A stretch of DNA of 64,000 bases from Octopus vulgaris (lineage: Eukaryota). The stretch is taken from assembly GCA_951406725.2 (NCBI GenBank), contig OX597814.1, positions 217,992,001-218,056,000 on the forward strand, in the 5' to 3' direction. Made by a program: the position numbers and the translations under genes. The notes beneath the pieces were generated by a model, which saw only the letters and a list, made by a program, of their open reading frames with translations, had not been told where the DNA came from and made no database searches. This document shows positions 37,903-51,233 of the stretch, piece by piece (positions within the stretch are counted from its first letter, which is position 1; the number at the start of each line of letters is the position of its first letter).

Positions 37903-38361
37903 ATCAGTAATATAGGTGCAAGTATAACAGTGTGGTTCAAATGCTTGTTTCATAATTGTGTGATTCGGGGTTTGATCCCACTGTATAACACCTTGGACAA
38001 ATGTCTTCTACTACAGTTTCAAGTTGATTAATATTTTGAGTAGGAGATGAGCTGGCAGACTCATTAGCACGTTGGCCAAAGTGCTTAGTGACATTTCTTC
38101 TGATTCATTATGTATCGAGTTCAAATTCCAACAAGGTTGATATTGCATCTCATCCTTTTGTGGGCAATAAAAATGAGTAGCAGTTTCCCTCACCAACATT
38201 TAGGCCTTGTGGCTGTAGTTGAAAAGGATTAATATTTTGAACGAAATTTGATAGGCAGAAACAGTATTGTAGTCTGACATGTGTGTGTGTGTGTGTTTCC
38301 ATTTATACCACTTCAAAATGGTGATGTTTATGTACCATTAAAATAGTAGTTCAACAAAGAC

Positions 38362-38719
38362 ACTCTTTTACTCTTTTACTTGTTTCAGTCATTTGACTGC
38401 AGCCATGCTGGAGCCGCCTTTAATCGAGCAACTCGACCCCGGGACTTATTCTTTTGTAAGCCCAGTACTTATTCTATCAGTCTCTTTTGCCGAACTACTA
38501 AGTAACGGGGACATAAACACACCAGCATCGGTTGTCAAGCAATGCCAGTGGGACAAACACAGACACACATACATATATATATACATATATACGACAGGCT
38601 TCTTCCAATTTCCGTCTACCAAATCCACTCACAAGGCTTTGGTCAGCCCGAGGCTACAGTAGAAGACACTTGCCCAAGGTGCCACGCAGTGGGACTGAAC
38701 CCGGAACCATGTGGTTGGT
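38362..38719 (-). mobile_element. SINE family A
   Basis: Reverse-complement copy lacking the first few head bases. Confidence 0.9.
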
Positions 38720-39066
38720 ACTATAGTAGAAGATACTTGCACAAGGTACTACGCAGTGAGACTGAGCTTGAAACCATGTGGTTGGGAAACAAATTTCCCC
38801 ACCACATAACCACAAGACTGACAATTTAAAAAGACATTAGTTCAGTAAAAAAATAGAGCAAACTCATCATCTCATGCAGGTATGGTTATGGGCACAAAAG
38901 TGGCTGAGTGCTAAGAAGTCTGCTGCTCAACCACATGGTTCCAGGTTTGGTCCCACTGTATGCACCTTAGGCAAGTATCTTTTACTAGAGGACCAAAACC
39001 TTGAGTGGATTTGGTAGAAGAAACTGAAAGAAGTTTGTCCCTCACACACGCACATACATGTATGTA

Positions 39067-39279
39067 CAATGGGGGTGCTGAATAGTTCTGGCTTTAAGGG
39101 TACTGCAAAAGATCTGGTTAGATGCCCAACCTTCCAAATTCTTTTACAGGGCTTAGAAAAGCTGATGGACAACTGCAATAAGTGTGTGAATTTGAAAGGG
39201 TAATATGTTGAATGAAATCATAATTAACTGATTTTTCCTGTATTTTCTCTTATTCAAAGTCAGAAACTTTTCATCCCCC
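39067..39279 (+). mobile_element. internally deleted mariner (MITE) inside an old SINE A
   Basis: TIR-like GGGGGTGCTGAATAGTTCTGGCTTT / AAAGTCAGAAACTTTTCATCCCCC; remnant QGLEKLMDNCNKCVNLKG*YVE* matches mariner transposase C-termini. Confidence 0.75.
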
Positions 39280-39402
39280 ACCATCACCCACCAGTGTATG
39301 TATGCTTTTATGTTCGTGTTTGTTCCCCCTACACCTCTTGGCAACAAGTGCTGATTTGTTTAAGCCCTATAACTCGGCAGTTTGGAAAAAAAAAAAAAAG
39401 AA

Positions 39403-39557
39403 GTGGCTGTATGGGTAAGTAGCTCGCTTACCAACCACATGGTTCTGGGTTCAGTCCCACTGCATGGCACTTTGGGCAAAGTGTCTTCTATTATAGCCTC
39501 AGGCTAGCCAAAGCCTTGTGAGTGAATTTGGTAGACAGAAACTGAAAGAAGCCCATC

Positions 39558-39599
<42 letters not shown>

Positions 39600-39862
39600 T
39601 TGTGTGTCTGTGTTTGCCTCCCCCACCATCGCTTGACAATCGATGTTGGTATGTTTACATCCCTGTAACTTAGCGGTCCAACAAAAAAAAAACCAATAAA
39701 ATAAGTACTAGGTTTACAAAGAATAAGTCCGGGATCGATTTGAAACAAATAATAAGAATAAAAGAAAAGAATAAAAGAATAAGTACCAGGCTTCAAAACT
39801 TAAAAAGTACTGGGGTCAATCTGTTCAACCGACCTCTTCAAGGTGGTGTTCCAACATGGCCA
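39403..39862 (+). mobile_element. SINE family A, older subfamily
   Basis: Head, (TG)n and a rearranged 3' part. Confidence 0.8.
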
Positions 39863-39935
39863 GTAAAAGGTATCCACATCAACTAAATGACATGGCCACT
39901 ACTTTAACAACTGCTACAGAAGTTGTCTGAATATC

Positions 39936-39990
<55 letters not shown>

Positions 39991-40914
39991 TCATATATCT
40001 TACCTTTGCTCTTACTTTTCAGTGATACAAAATCCCTTCCAATAAACCCTTTTTACTCTCTTTGCCTCTCCTTTTAACAAAACACTTAACCCTGTAACAG
40101 TATTCCCGGTCTCTTATTTCTCACTGTTACTGTAGCCCCTTTCACTAAACACCTCTCTTCAACTAACCACTTCACAACATAACATAAATAGGTACACTAG
40201 CACATCAATATTATGGTTGGTGAAGATTTTATACTGATTGTTGATGGGAAAGATATATTATAATTCAAAATCTTTCTACAATTAATGAGTCTTATCATAT
40301 GTACATAATTACAAAGTAGGGGCAATTAGAATGTTCATCAGTTCTGGAAATAGAAGAAAATTACTACAATCTGGAACAAAAACCAGGCTGAAGAAAAAAG
40401 TTCTTTAAGAGCTTACCATTACTTTAGTATGCTTGCTATGATATTTGTTGGTTCTTGACAGACCTAATCTTCAATATGACAGGTTCTGGCCTTGTTTTTG
40501 TCCTGATTCAGCTCTAACAACCCTCTTCATCAGGGTAGCTCAGTGGAAGTGTCAATCTAGTCACTGATAACCATACGTTGTATTGGATTACATGTTACCA
40601 GTAGCACCTGACAACAATGAAAGATAAATCTTGCTAGGATAAGATCTAGTCTTCTATCACATAACATCACCTAATAGTCTCATACCTACTCCCCTTGGTT
40701 GAGTAATACGAGTTAATCTAGAATCTGCTCTACCCTTAATCAACAACAAAATCCTAGCAACAGATTTGAACACTTGACCTATGAAAAGATAGTCAAATAT
40801 CTGATTTAGTTAGCCATTCTACTTCTTCAAGTTTCTCATGAACCCTCAATTATTCACTAAGTGAAACATTAATCTCACTAGGAATAGTCTAACGAGCCTG
40901 CTAAGCTGTATTAA

Positions 40915-41132
40915 CCCTTTATCATTCAGATTATTCTGTTAAATACAATGTTCATTTATCGAGTTGTTTTATGTTAATCATATATCATCTTACAGCTGTG
41001 AGATTTTGATGGTGTGATTGTTTATTTTTAGATTGACATTGTAGGGTAGATGTGAGAGACCAGATCTGGCTGGTTTGAACATGAACAGGTAGAATATTTT
41101 GGCTGGATATGGCCAGTTTAAATGCTAAGGGG
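40915..41132. mobile_element. piggyBac-type MITE
   Basis: TTAA|CCCTTTATCATT ... AATGCTAAGGGG|TGAA; second inverted copy at 44903-45095. Confidence 0.75.
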
Positions 41133-42167
41133 TGAAACAAAAAGTGGAAATAAATTAAAGATTTGTATGAAGAGCCTGTGCTTGTGATACTATCCATAAC
41201 ATCTCAGAGAATGAATGTTGAAGCAGCTTTACAACTGCCTTCTCTATGTAGCTATGAAAAGTTTAACTTTTAATCGAACCAAATAAAGGTAATCATGATG
41301 TTTATGCCTTTCGAAGTCCCATTAGGCAAAATAAATGAAAAACCAGCCAGTAAGTAAACTCAGTTTTCAGCAATTCACCTTCTACTCTGTCATTTATGAT
41401 TTCAGCATTTAAAATCACGAAATTAAAAACAACACAGAAAAAGAAAATTAATTTACATCACAAAACTAAATTAATCATGTAAATTTAAATTATGAAAAAA
41501 TAAAATTACTGAATACATTGTTCATGTCAAATTAAAATCATAAATTCAAATTGATTTATTGTTGCTGTTTACTTTAAAAAAATGAGAAAGAAAAAGCTCC
41601 ACCCATATCCTATAAAACTCAAAAAGAATTTTAATTTTGAGAATCCATTTTAGAAAATAGCCATAAATGGCATTAATAATGATTGATTCAATCATTTAGC
41701 TTTATCAAAGTAAAATTCTTCTGCAAATTTACTTTACAAATGGGTAATCATCATCATCATCATCATCATCATAATCATCATCATCATCATAATCATCATC
41801 ATCAATGTGATCTTCATTTTTATGTCCACTTTTCCATAATTACATTGGTCAGACAGAATTTATAATGGCAGATTTTTTTACAGATGGCTAACCTTCTTGT
41901 GGCTAACTTTCATTGGTTTCCAAGAAAGGTAATATTTCTTCATGGCCAGATATGTTTATCACAGAAGACTGGAAAAGAATGACACCGCTTACGACAGTCC
42001 CACTTGTTTTCAACCATGTATGGACATTAGAAACACACTAATATACATACATATGTGTGTATGTGTACACATATATATATATATATGTATATACAGGGTG
42101 TCATGAATAGACTGTTGTCTAAATTATGCAAAAGTGAAAATAACATTGACATCTCATTTTAACAGAT

Positions 42168-42366
42168 ATCCATATATATTAAACTCAGTGTGTGTGTGTG
42201 TGTGTGTGTGTAAACCCGCATAACTTCTGAAGTTCGCAACTGATCTCCAAACTGGGAACATACATTACTTATATACCACAGATGGTTTTAGACTCTTAAA
42301 TTTTTTCACGTAATGAGTAATGGGACCTCTTGGGGCAGAAAAACCCATTTCCTGTGGTACACATGA
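42168..42366 (+). mobile_element. Helitron 5' fragment related to 6822-7010
   Basis: Shared AAACTGGGAACATACATTACTTA..GATGGTTTTAGACTCTTAAA. Confidence 0.7.
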
Positions 42367-42435
42367 CTACTATGGATCATTAGTTTTGGCAAGAAAAAAA
42401 TAAAGTCAGATATTTTTTTTAATACACCTCATATA

Positions 42436-43710
42436 CAAGGGGTGTTCATTAAAGGTTTCCTCTGATCCACTTCTCAAGGACTGGGATAAACAAAACTTGG
42501 CATAATTATTAGTCCTTTTCTGCATAGCCACCACTAATGGTGACACACTTCTTCCATTACTTTATGCAGCTGTGAAACCCTTGTCTCTAGAAGTTGGTAG
42601 GCTGCATCTGAAGCCAAGACTTTACCTTGAAAGTTCATCATCATCCGAAAAATGCTTTTGCTTCAAAAAGATCTCATGGTTGGAAGAAGGTGGAAGTTAG
42701 ATGGTGCAAGGTTGAGAGAGTAAGGGGGATGAGGAAGGATTTCATAGTTGCAAGAGTGTACTTTCATCTGCGCAACATGTGCATTGTGATCTGGGGCATT
42801 GTCTTGGAGGAGGCGAACTCCTTTGGTCAGCATTCCACGCTGCTCTGCTTTGATTGTGTCCCACGATTTCTGTAGCAGAGAAGCATAATATGCCCTGTTC
42901 ATTGTGGCGCCCTTTGCTACAAAATCTATCATCACTCCTACGCTGGCCCAAAAGACTGTGAGCATCACCTTGTCTGCTGAGAGTTGGACACAAGCCTTCT
43001 TTGGAGATGGTGAGTTATCATGCTTACATTCTTTGACTGGACTTTAGTCTCAGGATCATAGTGATGGGCCCATGTTTCTTCCTGTGTGATAAGTCTGCAA
43101 AAAAATTCCTTGTTTTCTTGGCATATTGCCAAAAGAACCTGGGAGCAACTGACTCGTTCCTGCTTCTGAAAAGGTATGAGCATCCAGGAAATCCATCATG
43201 CAGACAACTTCTTCATGAGCAAATGGTCGCGAATGATTTTTTTCCATGGACCTTACACTTATCTTCACTTCTTGGGCTAGTTGCCAAATAGTTATATGGC
43301 AGTCCTCCAAAATGGCGCTTCTACTTTATGGATGGTGTCATCATCAATGGCAGAATGTGGTCATCCAGGAAGAGGAGCAGTTTCCACCGATGTCCAACCA
43401 CATTTGAATTGGCGATGCCAGTGCTTGACTGTATCATATGATGGTGCATTGTCACTATAAACTTCTTTCATTCCATCTCTTTTGGTGTTCGACCTTTCAA
43501 GTATAAGAACCTGATCCCTGATCTGCATTCAACTTCCTCCATTATAACACCTAAGTCCACTTCCGCAGCCATGAAAGGCAAATAAATACTATTGGAAAGG
43601 TGCAATTTACAATGTGACATGTAGAGACATGTATGATTATACCTGTACAGGCTCTGTTTCCTGCAATAACTGCAGGCGGGTCAAGGGAAATCTTTAATGA
43701 ACACCCCTTG
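42436..43710 (-). mobile_element. full-length decayed mariner transposon (1275 bp)
   Basis: TIRs CAAGGGGTGTTCATTAAAG(G/A)TTTCC at both ends, TA TSDs, internal transposase remnants. Confidence 0.95.
42509..43542 (-). pseudogene. mariner (DD34D-type) transposase pseudogene
   Basis: APSYDTVKHWHRQFKCG, LITQEETWAHHYDPETK, MLTVFWAS, LLQDNAPDH, HPPYSLNLAPSNFHL; frameshifts and altered catalytic positions. Confidence 0.92.
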
Positions 43711-43783
43711 TACATATGTGTGTGTACACACACACACACACACACTACATTTTTTGTCAATTTTATTAAATATACAAGTCTTA

Positions 43784-44099
43784 AAAAGACTCCGCCGGTT
43801 ACGACGACGAGGGTCCCAGCTGATACGATCAATGGAACAGCTTGCTCATGAAATTAACGTGCAAATGGCTGAGCATTCCACAGACACGTGTACCCTTAAC
43901 GTAGTTCTCGGGGATAATCAGCGTGACAAGGCTGACCCTTTGAAATACAAGTACAACTCATTTTTGCCAGCTGAGTGGACTGGAGCAACGTGAAATAAAG
44001 TGTCTTGCTCAAGGACACAACGCGTCGCCGGGAATCAAACTCACAACCTTACAATCATGAGCCGAATGCCCTAACCACTAAGCCACGCGCCCTCCACTG
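43784..44099 (-). mobile_element. SINE family D: different head and central domain, family C-like 3' tail
   Basis: tRNA-like head GCGCGTGGCTTAGTGGTTAGGGCATTCGG; GTGTCCTTGAGCAAGACACTT domain; TSD TACAAGTCTTA (43773-43783 / 44100-44110). Confidence 0.88.
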
Positions 44100-44902
44100 T
44101 ACAAGTCTTACTAATGCAGACTAACCCACTCACGTTAGACTCTATTTTACCATACAAATACACATGTGAATACATACACACATATGTAAACACACACAGA
44201 CATAGATGATGGGCTTTTTTCAAAATCCACTCACAAGGTATTGGTCAACCTGGGGTCATAGTAGAAGACACTCACCCAAGGTGCTGAGTAGTGGGACTGA
44301 ACTCAAAACTGCATGGCTAGGAACCAACTTCTAAAACACACAGCCACATGTGAACCTCTGATATATTACCTGTATGATAGTTCTTATATCAATTGGACAT
44401 TTTGATCAATTCTCTACTCTAGTTATTTGGTTTAATTCAGCAAACATGTATTCTTGACACATCTCTAAAACAACAGAGACTGTCTTTCTCTCATATGCAG
44501 ACCCATACATTGAATAACAGCTTCCTCACAATAGCTGAAGAGCCAATGCAGAATCTCATTAAGATCAGATGAATTGCAACAGCTGTAACTTTTAGGAGTT
44601 TGATCAGATCCAGTCATTAGAATGGGTAACCACAGACATGCACCAGCTCAATTATCAGTTACTAGGGTCAGTCAGTTTGCTTATTTTACTCTGTGCCAGT
44701 GCCATGTCCTATACAAGTGGCATGTAAAAGCACCCGTGCTGGTGCTATATAAAAAAACACCCAGTACACTCTGTAAAGTGATTGGCATTAAGAAGGGCAT
44801 CCAGCTGTAGAAATCATGCTAAAACAGCTGACTGGAGCCTGGTATATCCCCACCCAGGCTTGCCAGCTCCTGTCAAACCATCCAACCCATGTCAGACAGT
44901 AA

Positions 44903-45095
44903 CCCTTTGGTATTTAAACCAGCCAAAATATTTCGAGCTGTCTGATGTTCAAACTGGCCACATCTGGCCTCTCACATCTACCTGACAATGTCATTGTAAA
45001 AATATACAATCACATCATTGAAATGTCAAAGCTACAAGGCAATGCATGATTAATTTAAAACAAAGTGAATAAATAAGTATTAAATCTGAATGCTA
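44903..45095. mobile_element. piggyBac-type MITE, second copy
   Basis: Reverse-complement similarity to 40915-41132. Confidence 0.7.
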
Positions 45096-46127
45096 GATGA
45101 TAATGATGATGACCCTGAAGAATCAGCTGGAGTCAATGATGTACTGAGGAGGGCTTCACAAGTACAAATTTTCCCATGGCTTAACAATTTCAATATGAAT
45201 GATCTATAAAGAATTAGAGGATATTTTGCAATATTATTTCAAAATGATTAAAATGCTAAGTGCACCGGCCATAGATCTGTTATGAGCCCTAGAACTTATA
45301 GAACTAGAGCTTAACCCAGTTTACATGGGAGTGAGATTGCAACACAAGGTCCACTTCCAAAGCTATTGCTGGAATTCATTTCTAGCTGAGTGAACTGGAG
45401 TAATGAGAAATGAAATGTTTCGCTCAAGAACACAACATAATGCCCTGTCCAGGAATCGAAACCATGATCTTATGTTTGTGAGTGAAACAACCTAACCTAA
45501 ATGCAACAGACTAGATACTATTTACTATGTGACAACATATGCATACCACCTTACTGAAATATATAACCTATAGACTAAGCTTGCCAATTTTACATTATTC
45601 AGTCCTCCTCCAAGATTGAATCAATACAAAACTAGGTTAAAAAATACTTGAAGGATCTGAGAAAACAACTGACAGGTCCTATTCAGGTTAGGCTCATTTA
45701 TCACAAAATCTAACGCATGCATACTTCTCTATTATCATTTCAGCAGTCGATTTTATTTTTTCCTGCATGCTTTTACTGCACTACTAAAAGCAGCTCTGTG
45801 TGCCTTGGATATGTGCTACACTTAGCCTTGGTGCTGTTATTTTTACTCTATCAACAGTGCTTTACGTGCAGTTCCTAGCAGTGCTATTTTCTACATGTTA
45901 TATGTTTGTTTGTTTTCCAGTTTCAGCTCTTGAGCTGTGGCCATGCTGGGGCACCGCCATTGTAGTCACAAGTCTAAGAATTTTGGTTATGTATTTGTCT
46001 GCACATTTTTGATCATACATAAAACAACTATTGTTATATGAATAGTTTCCATTTTCAGGCCCCGCATTCAGGTTACTTCTATTTCCAGATCTTTGTATTT
46101 TGATAGTTTCTCATTTCTTTTACAGAA

Positions 46128-46408
46128 CGTTGCCAGCGCCGCCTTGGCTGGCTTCCGTGCCGCTGGCACGTTAAAAGCTCCAACCGATCATGGACGATGC
46201 CAGACATCCCCTGGCACCTGTGCAGGTGGCATGTAAAAAGCACCCACTACACTCACGGAGTGGTTGGCGTTAGGAAGGGCATCCAACAGTAGAAACTCTG
46301 CCAGATCAGACTGGAGCCTGGAGCAGCCCCTGGCTTCCCAGACCCCGGTCGAACCGTCCAACCCGTGCTAGCGCGGAAAACGGACGTTAAACGATGATGA
46401 TGATGATA
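46128..46408 (+). mobile_element. family B retroposon
   Basis: Two units, body and (GAT)n tail. Confidence 0.85.
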
Positions 46409-46871
46409 CCTCGTCATCTTTTGGGACTGATATTTCAATTAGGATGCATTTTTTTGTCTTGGTGCTTTTTGACCACAATATCTGATCAATTAGTTTTGAT
46501 CTCCCTATTTGTGTAAATTAACATATCCCAGAGTATCATTTTCTGAGACCTTTTCTGGGTATGCCTATACTAGCTCTTTTCTGTCTGCATTCTATAGTGC
46601 TGACACAACTTCAGTGTATGTAAGTTCTTACTCTGTCCTGTCTGTGAATATATAATTATCAAAAATAAAAGAAATGACTATTATCATTATTATTATAGTT
46701 TAGTATTGTAAGGTAGTGAAACATCTATCGACTACATACAGCATTTTACCATGGTATGTATCTACAATAACTTTGGCCATTGAGAGCCAAATGTTTGAGA
46801 GATGAGGTGCCAGATACAATAGCACAGCACTAAAGATAGGATTAAAAAGATATATATATATATATATATAT

Positions 46872-47280
46872 GGAGTGGCTGTGTGGTAAGTAGCTTGCTA
46901 AACAACCACATGGTTCCGGGTTCAGTCCCACTGCGTGGCATCTTGGGCAAGTGTCTTCTGCTATAGCCCTGGGCCGACCAATGCCTTGTGAGTGGATTTG
47001 GTAGACGGAAACTGAAAGAAGCCCGTCGTATATATGTATATATATATGTATGCGTGTGTGTGTTTGTGTGTCTGTGTTTGTCCCCCTAGCATTGCTTGAC
47101 AACCGATGCTGGTGTGTTTACGTCCCCGTCACTTAGCGGTTCGGCAAAAAAGACTGATAGAATAAGTACTGGGCTTACAAAGAATAAGTCTCGGGGTCGA
47201 TTTGCTCGACTAAAGGCGGTGCTCCAGCATGGCCACAGTCATATGACTGAAACAAGTAAAAGAGTAAAAGAGTAAAGAGT
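46872..47280 (+). mobile_element. SINE family A, near full length
   Basis: As 12389-12830. Confidence 0.92.
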
Positions 47281-47427
47281 ATATATATATTAATCATTTA
47301 GACACTACGCCAACTTGCAATTGACTCAGCTGGCTGCAACATTGAAAATAAGCCTCAAAGAACACTGCCATGCAATGAAATTTGTCTTTTGCATCAGAAA
47401 TCATTGTCATGAAGTAGAAAATATACA

Positions 47428-48197
47428 ATCATCATCATCATCATCATTTAGCGTCCGCTTTCCATGCTAGCATGGGTTGAACGGTTCAACTGGGGTCTGT
47501 GAAGCTGGAAGGCTTCATCAGGCCCAGTCAGATCTGGCAGTGTTTCTACGGCTGGATGCCCTTCCTAACGCCAACCACTCCGTGAGTGCAGTGGGTGCTT
47601 TTTACGTGCCACCCGCACAGGTGCCAGACAGAGCTGGCAAACGGCCACGAACGGATGGTGCTTTTACGTGCCACCGACATGGGGGCCCGACAGAGTTGGC
47701 AAACGGCCATGAATGGATGGTGCTTTTACGTGCCACCGACACGGGGGCCAGACAGAGCTGGCAAACGGCCACGAACGGATGGTGCTTTTACGTGTCACCG
47801 GCACAGGGGCCAGGCGAGGCTGGCAACGGACGCGAACGGATGGTGCTTTTACGTGCCACCGACATGGGGGCCAGACAGAGTTGGCAAACGGCCATGAATG
47901 GATGGTGCTTTTACGTGCCACCGACACGGGGGCCAGACAGAGCTGGCAAACAGCCACGAACGGATGGTGCTTTTACGTGTCACCGGCACGGGGGCCAGGC
48001 GAGGCTGGCAACGGACACGAACGGATGGTGCTTTTATGTGCCACCGACACGGGGGCCAGACAGAGTTGGCAAACGGCCATGAATGGATGGTGCTTTTACG
48101 TGCCACCGACACGGGGGCCAGACAGAGCTGTCAAACGGCCACGAACGGATGGTGCTTTTACGTGTCACCGGCACGGGGGCCAGGCGAGGCTGGCAAC
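47428..48197 (-). mobile_element. family B retroposon with an expanded array of 10 units (61-63 bp)
   Basis: Units start at 47594, 47657, 47719, 47781, 47842, 47904, 47966, 48027, 48089 and 48151. Confidence 0.92.
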
Positions 48198-49076
48198 AAT
48201 GAACAAATAAAATAAGAATAAATCCTTTCCTAGTGAAAAACCTAAATTTTAAAACTAAAACACATTGGAGAAGATTGGAGAAGCACTTTTTTTTTTAATG
48301 AACAATTCAATTTTGTTTTTAGTATTAGCTAAATCGAACTGCAGCATATTACATGTAATTAGAAATATCAGGTTGTTTGATATAAGACAATCCAAACAGT
48401 GGGGTCAAGACAAAAAGCATAGAAAAATCTAAATTTGCAAATTTGCAAACTACACTCATTTTCACATCTACTTTGGCAAATTTTCTGTAGCTGGATGCCT
48501 TTCCTGTTCCCAATCCTCCTGTTTAGAAGCAAGGTAATATTTCCTCATGGCCACATGTTTTTAATGGAAGATTAAAAACGAACGACAATGCTTGCATAAT
48601 GGTGACAACATCATTCCACATTAAGACAAGGGAACACACACACACACACACACCCAAACACACACGACTGGTTTCTTTCAGCTTCCATGTACAAAATCCA
48701 CTCACAAGGCTTTGGCTGGCTCAGGCCAACCAAAGATACTTGCCCAAGGTGTTGTGGAGTAGGACTGAACCTGAAACTATATGGCTAGGATGCAAGGTTC
48801 TTAACCCCACATCTATGCCTGAAACAAAGTACATATGTAATTTTAAAGATTTGAAAAGCTAAAATTCTTCGTCATATACAATTTTAAAAGACACTTCCCC
48901 CACACTCCAAAATTTAAAAATTCTAAAAATTCTAAAAAAGGTTTTAGTCTAAAAGGTTAATATACTCAAACTGGTTGACTCAATATAAACCCACCCACAC
49001 ACAACTAAAAAATATGACTGTTCTAACATGCATCACCTGCTTAACACAAAAGAAATATGATTACTCTGATACACAT

Positions 49077-49488
49077 ATCATCATCATCATCGTTTAACGT
49101 CCGCTTTCCATGCTAGCATGGGTTGGACGGTTCAACTGGGGTCTGGGAAGCCTGAAGGCTGCACCAGGCCAGTCAGATCTGGCAGTGTTTCTACAGCTGG
49201 ATGCCCTTCCTAACGCCAACCACTCCGAGAGTGTAGTGGGTGATTTTATGTGCCACCGACACAGGTGCCAGACGAGGCTGGCGAACGGCCACGCTCGGAT
49301 GGTGTTTTTTTTATGTGCCACGGACACAGGTGCCAGACGAGGCTGGCGAACGGCCACGCTCGGATGGTGTTTTTTACGTGCCACCGGCACGGAGGCCAGT
49401 CAATGCGGTACTGGCTACGGCCACATTCGGATGGTTTTCGTATGTGCCACCACAAAACTACAAATTCCATTAATGTTCATCGAGTTTG
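49077..49488 (-). mobile_element. family B retroposon
   Basis: Close to 29349-29824 with one fewer unit. Confidence 0.9.
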
Positions 49489-49874
49489 CTTTTGATTTTG
49501 TCCATCATATACATATATACATGATATATCTAATATTATGATAAATATATAGATCATACACACTTCATCTTTCTAACAATGTGGACAGCATTTGCTAAGG
49601 CATTGGAGAAATTTTCAGTTAAAGATTGCCATTTTAGTTCTCTGCTTTCTGCTATTCTAGTTTCATTAGCATTGGACAGGAAGAAGAACGCTTTTAAAGG
49701 CAGATCAAAGAAACAATGCATTGTAATAAGCAGACATTTATTAGTAATGCAGGCATGCATGCACACACATAAACACAGATCTCCCAGTGATAGGTTGGTT
49801 GCTTTGTATTCGATCCTTCTTCAATACAATTTTATTTTAGAGTAAATGGCTATGAAAAAAATTTGCTAGTCAGC

Positions 49875-50604
49875 GAGAGGGGAGAGTGTGAACACTAAGA
49901 GAGAGAGAGGGGAGAGTGTGAACACTAAGAGAGAGAGAGGGGAGAGTGTGAACACTAAGAGAGAGAGGGGAGAGTGTGAACACTAAGAGAGAGAGGGGAG
50001 AGTGTGAACACTAAGAGAGAGAGGGGAGAGTGTGAACACTAAGAGAGAGAGAGGGGAGAGTGTGAACACTAAGAGAGAGAGAGGGGAGAGTGTGAACACT
50101 AAGAGAGAGAGGGGAGAGTGTGAACACTAAGAGAGAGAGAGGGGAGAGTGTGAACACTAAGAGAGAGAGGGGAGAGTGTGAACACTAAGAGAGAGAGAGG
50201 GGAGAGTGTGAACACTAAGAGAGAGAGGGGAGAGTGTGAACACTAAGAGAGGGAGGGGAGAGTGTGAACACTAAGAGAGAGAGAGAGAGGGGAGAGTGTG
50301 AACACTAAGAGAGAGAGAGGGGAGAGTGTGAACACTAAGAGAGAGAGAGAGGGGAGAGTGTGAACACTAAAGAGAGAGAGAGGGGAGAGTGTGAACACTA
50401 AGAGAGAGAGAGAGGGAGAGTGTGAACACTAAGAGAGAGAGAGAGAGTGGTGAGAGTGTGAACACTAAGAGAGAGAGAGAGAGGGGAGAGTGTGAACACT
50501 AAGAGAGAGAGAGAGGTGAGAGTGTGAACACTAAGAGAGTGAGGGGAGAGTGTGAACACTAAGAGAGAGAGAGAGGGGAGAGTGTGAACACTAAGAGAGA
50601 GAGG
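49875..50604. repeat. minisatellite, 24 units of (GA)n-GGGGAGAGTGTGAACACTAA
   Basis: Invariant core AGTGTGAACACTAA counted 24 times; unit length varies with the (GA)n run. Confidence 0.97.
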
Positions 50605-50845
50605 TAGTAATAATCAAATTAAGATAAAAACTGACATTCTGTCCTCTGGTTCTTCTCTCAATCAATTAGTTTAAATGTTAATGCTATTGTCTCTGCAATG
50701 CAATCAGTTGGTACATCAGTGGATGTAGTGTTTGTTCTAATTTTTAGTAATTAGTATGTGCAAAAAAGAAAATCCTATATTGAGCTAATTCATTTCAAGA
50801 CAAAAGAATGAGTGCACTAAATGCATTAGGTCTACAGTGAGCCCC

Positions 50846-51233
50846 GTGGAGGCGCAATGGCCCAGTGGTTAGGGCAGCGGACTCGCGGTCGGAGGATCGC
50901 GGTTTCGATTCCCAGACTGGGCGTTGTGAGTGTTTATTGAGCGAAAACACCTAAAGCTCCACGAGGCTCCGGCAGGGGATGGTGGTGATCCCTGCTGTAC
51001 TCTTTCACCACAACTTTCTCTCACTCTTACTTCCTGTTTCTGTTGTACCTGTATTTCAAGGGGCCGGCCTTGTCACTCTCTGTGTCACACTGAATATCCC
51101 TGAGAACTACGTTAAGGGTACACGTGTCTGTGGAGTGCTCAGCCAGTTATACGTTAATTTCACGAGCAGGCTGTTCCGTTGATTCGGATCAACCGGAACC
51201 CTCGTTGTCGTAACCGACGGAGTGCTTCCATCC
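50846..51233 (+). mobile_element. SINE family C, full length
   Basis: 12-bp TSD ACAGTGAGCCCC (50834-50845 / 51234-51245). Confidence 0.95.

Noticed and set aside
40500-40550. CTGATGA on the minus strand
   Set aside because: No matching GAAA or stem II.
47477-48215. 201-aa repetitive ORF / CRISPR-like periodicity
   Set aside because: Open frames come from a GC-rich tandem repeat in a retroposon; there are no unique spacers.
49875-50604. CRISPR-like array with a constant palindromic repeat
   Set aside because: The spacers are only (GA)n length variants, there are no cas genes, and the context is eukaryotic.
50846-50920. tRNA gene
   Set aside because: tRNA-derived SINE head without an acceptor stem, continuing into SINE body with a TSD; same for the other SINE heads.
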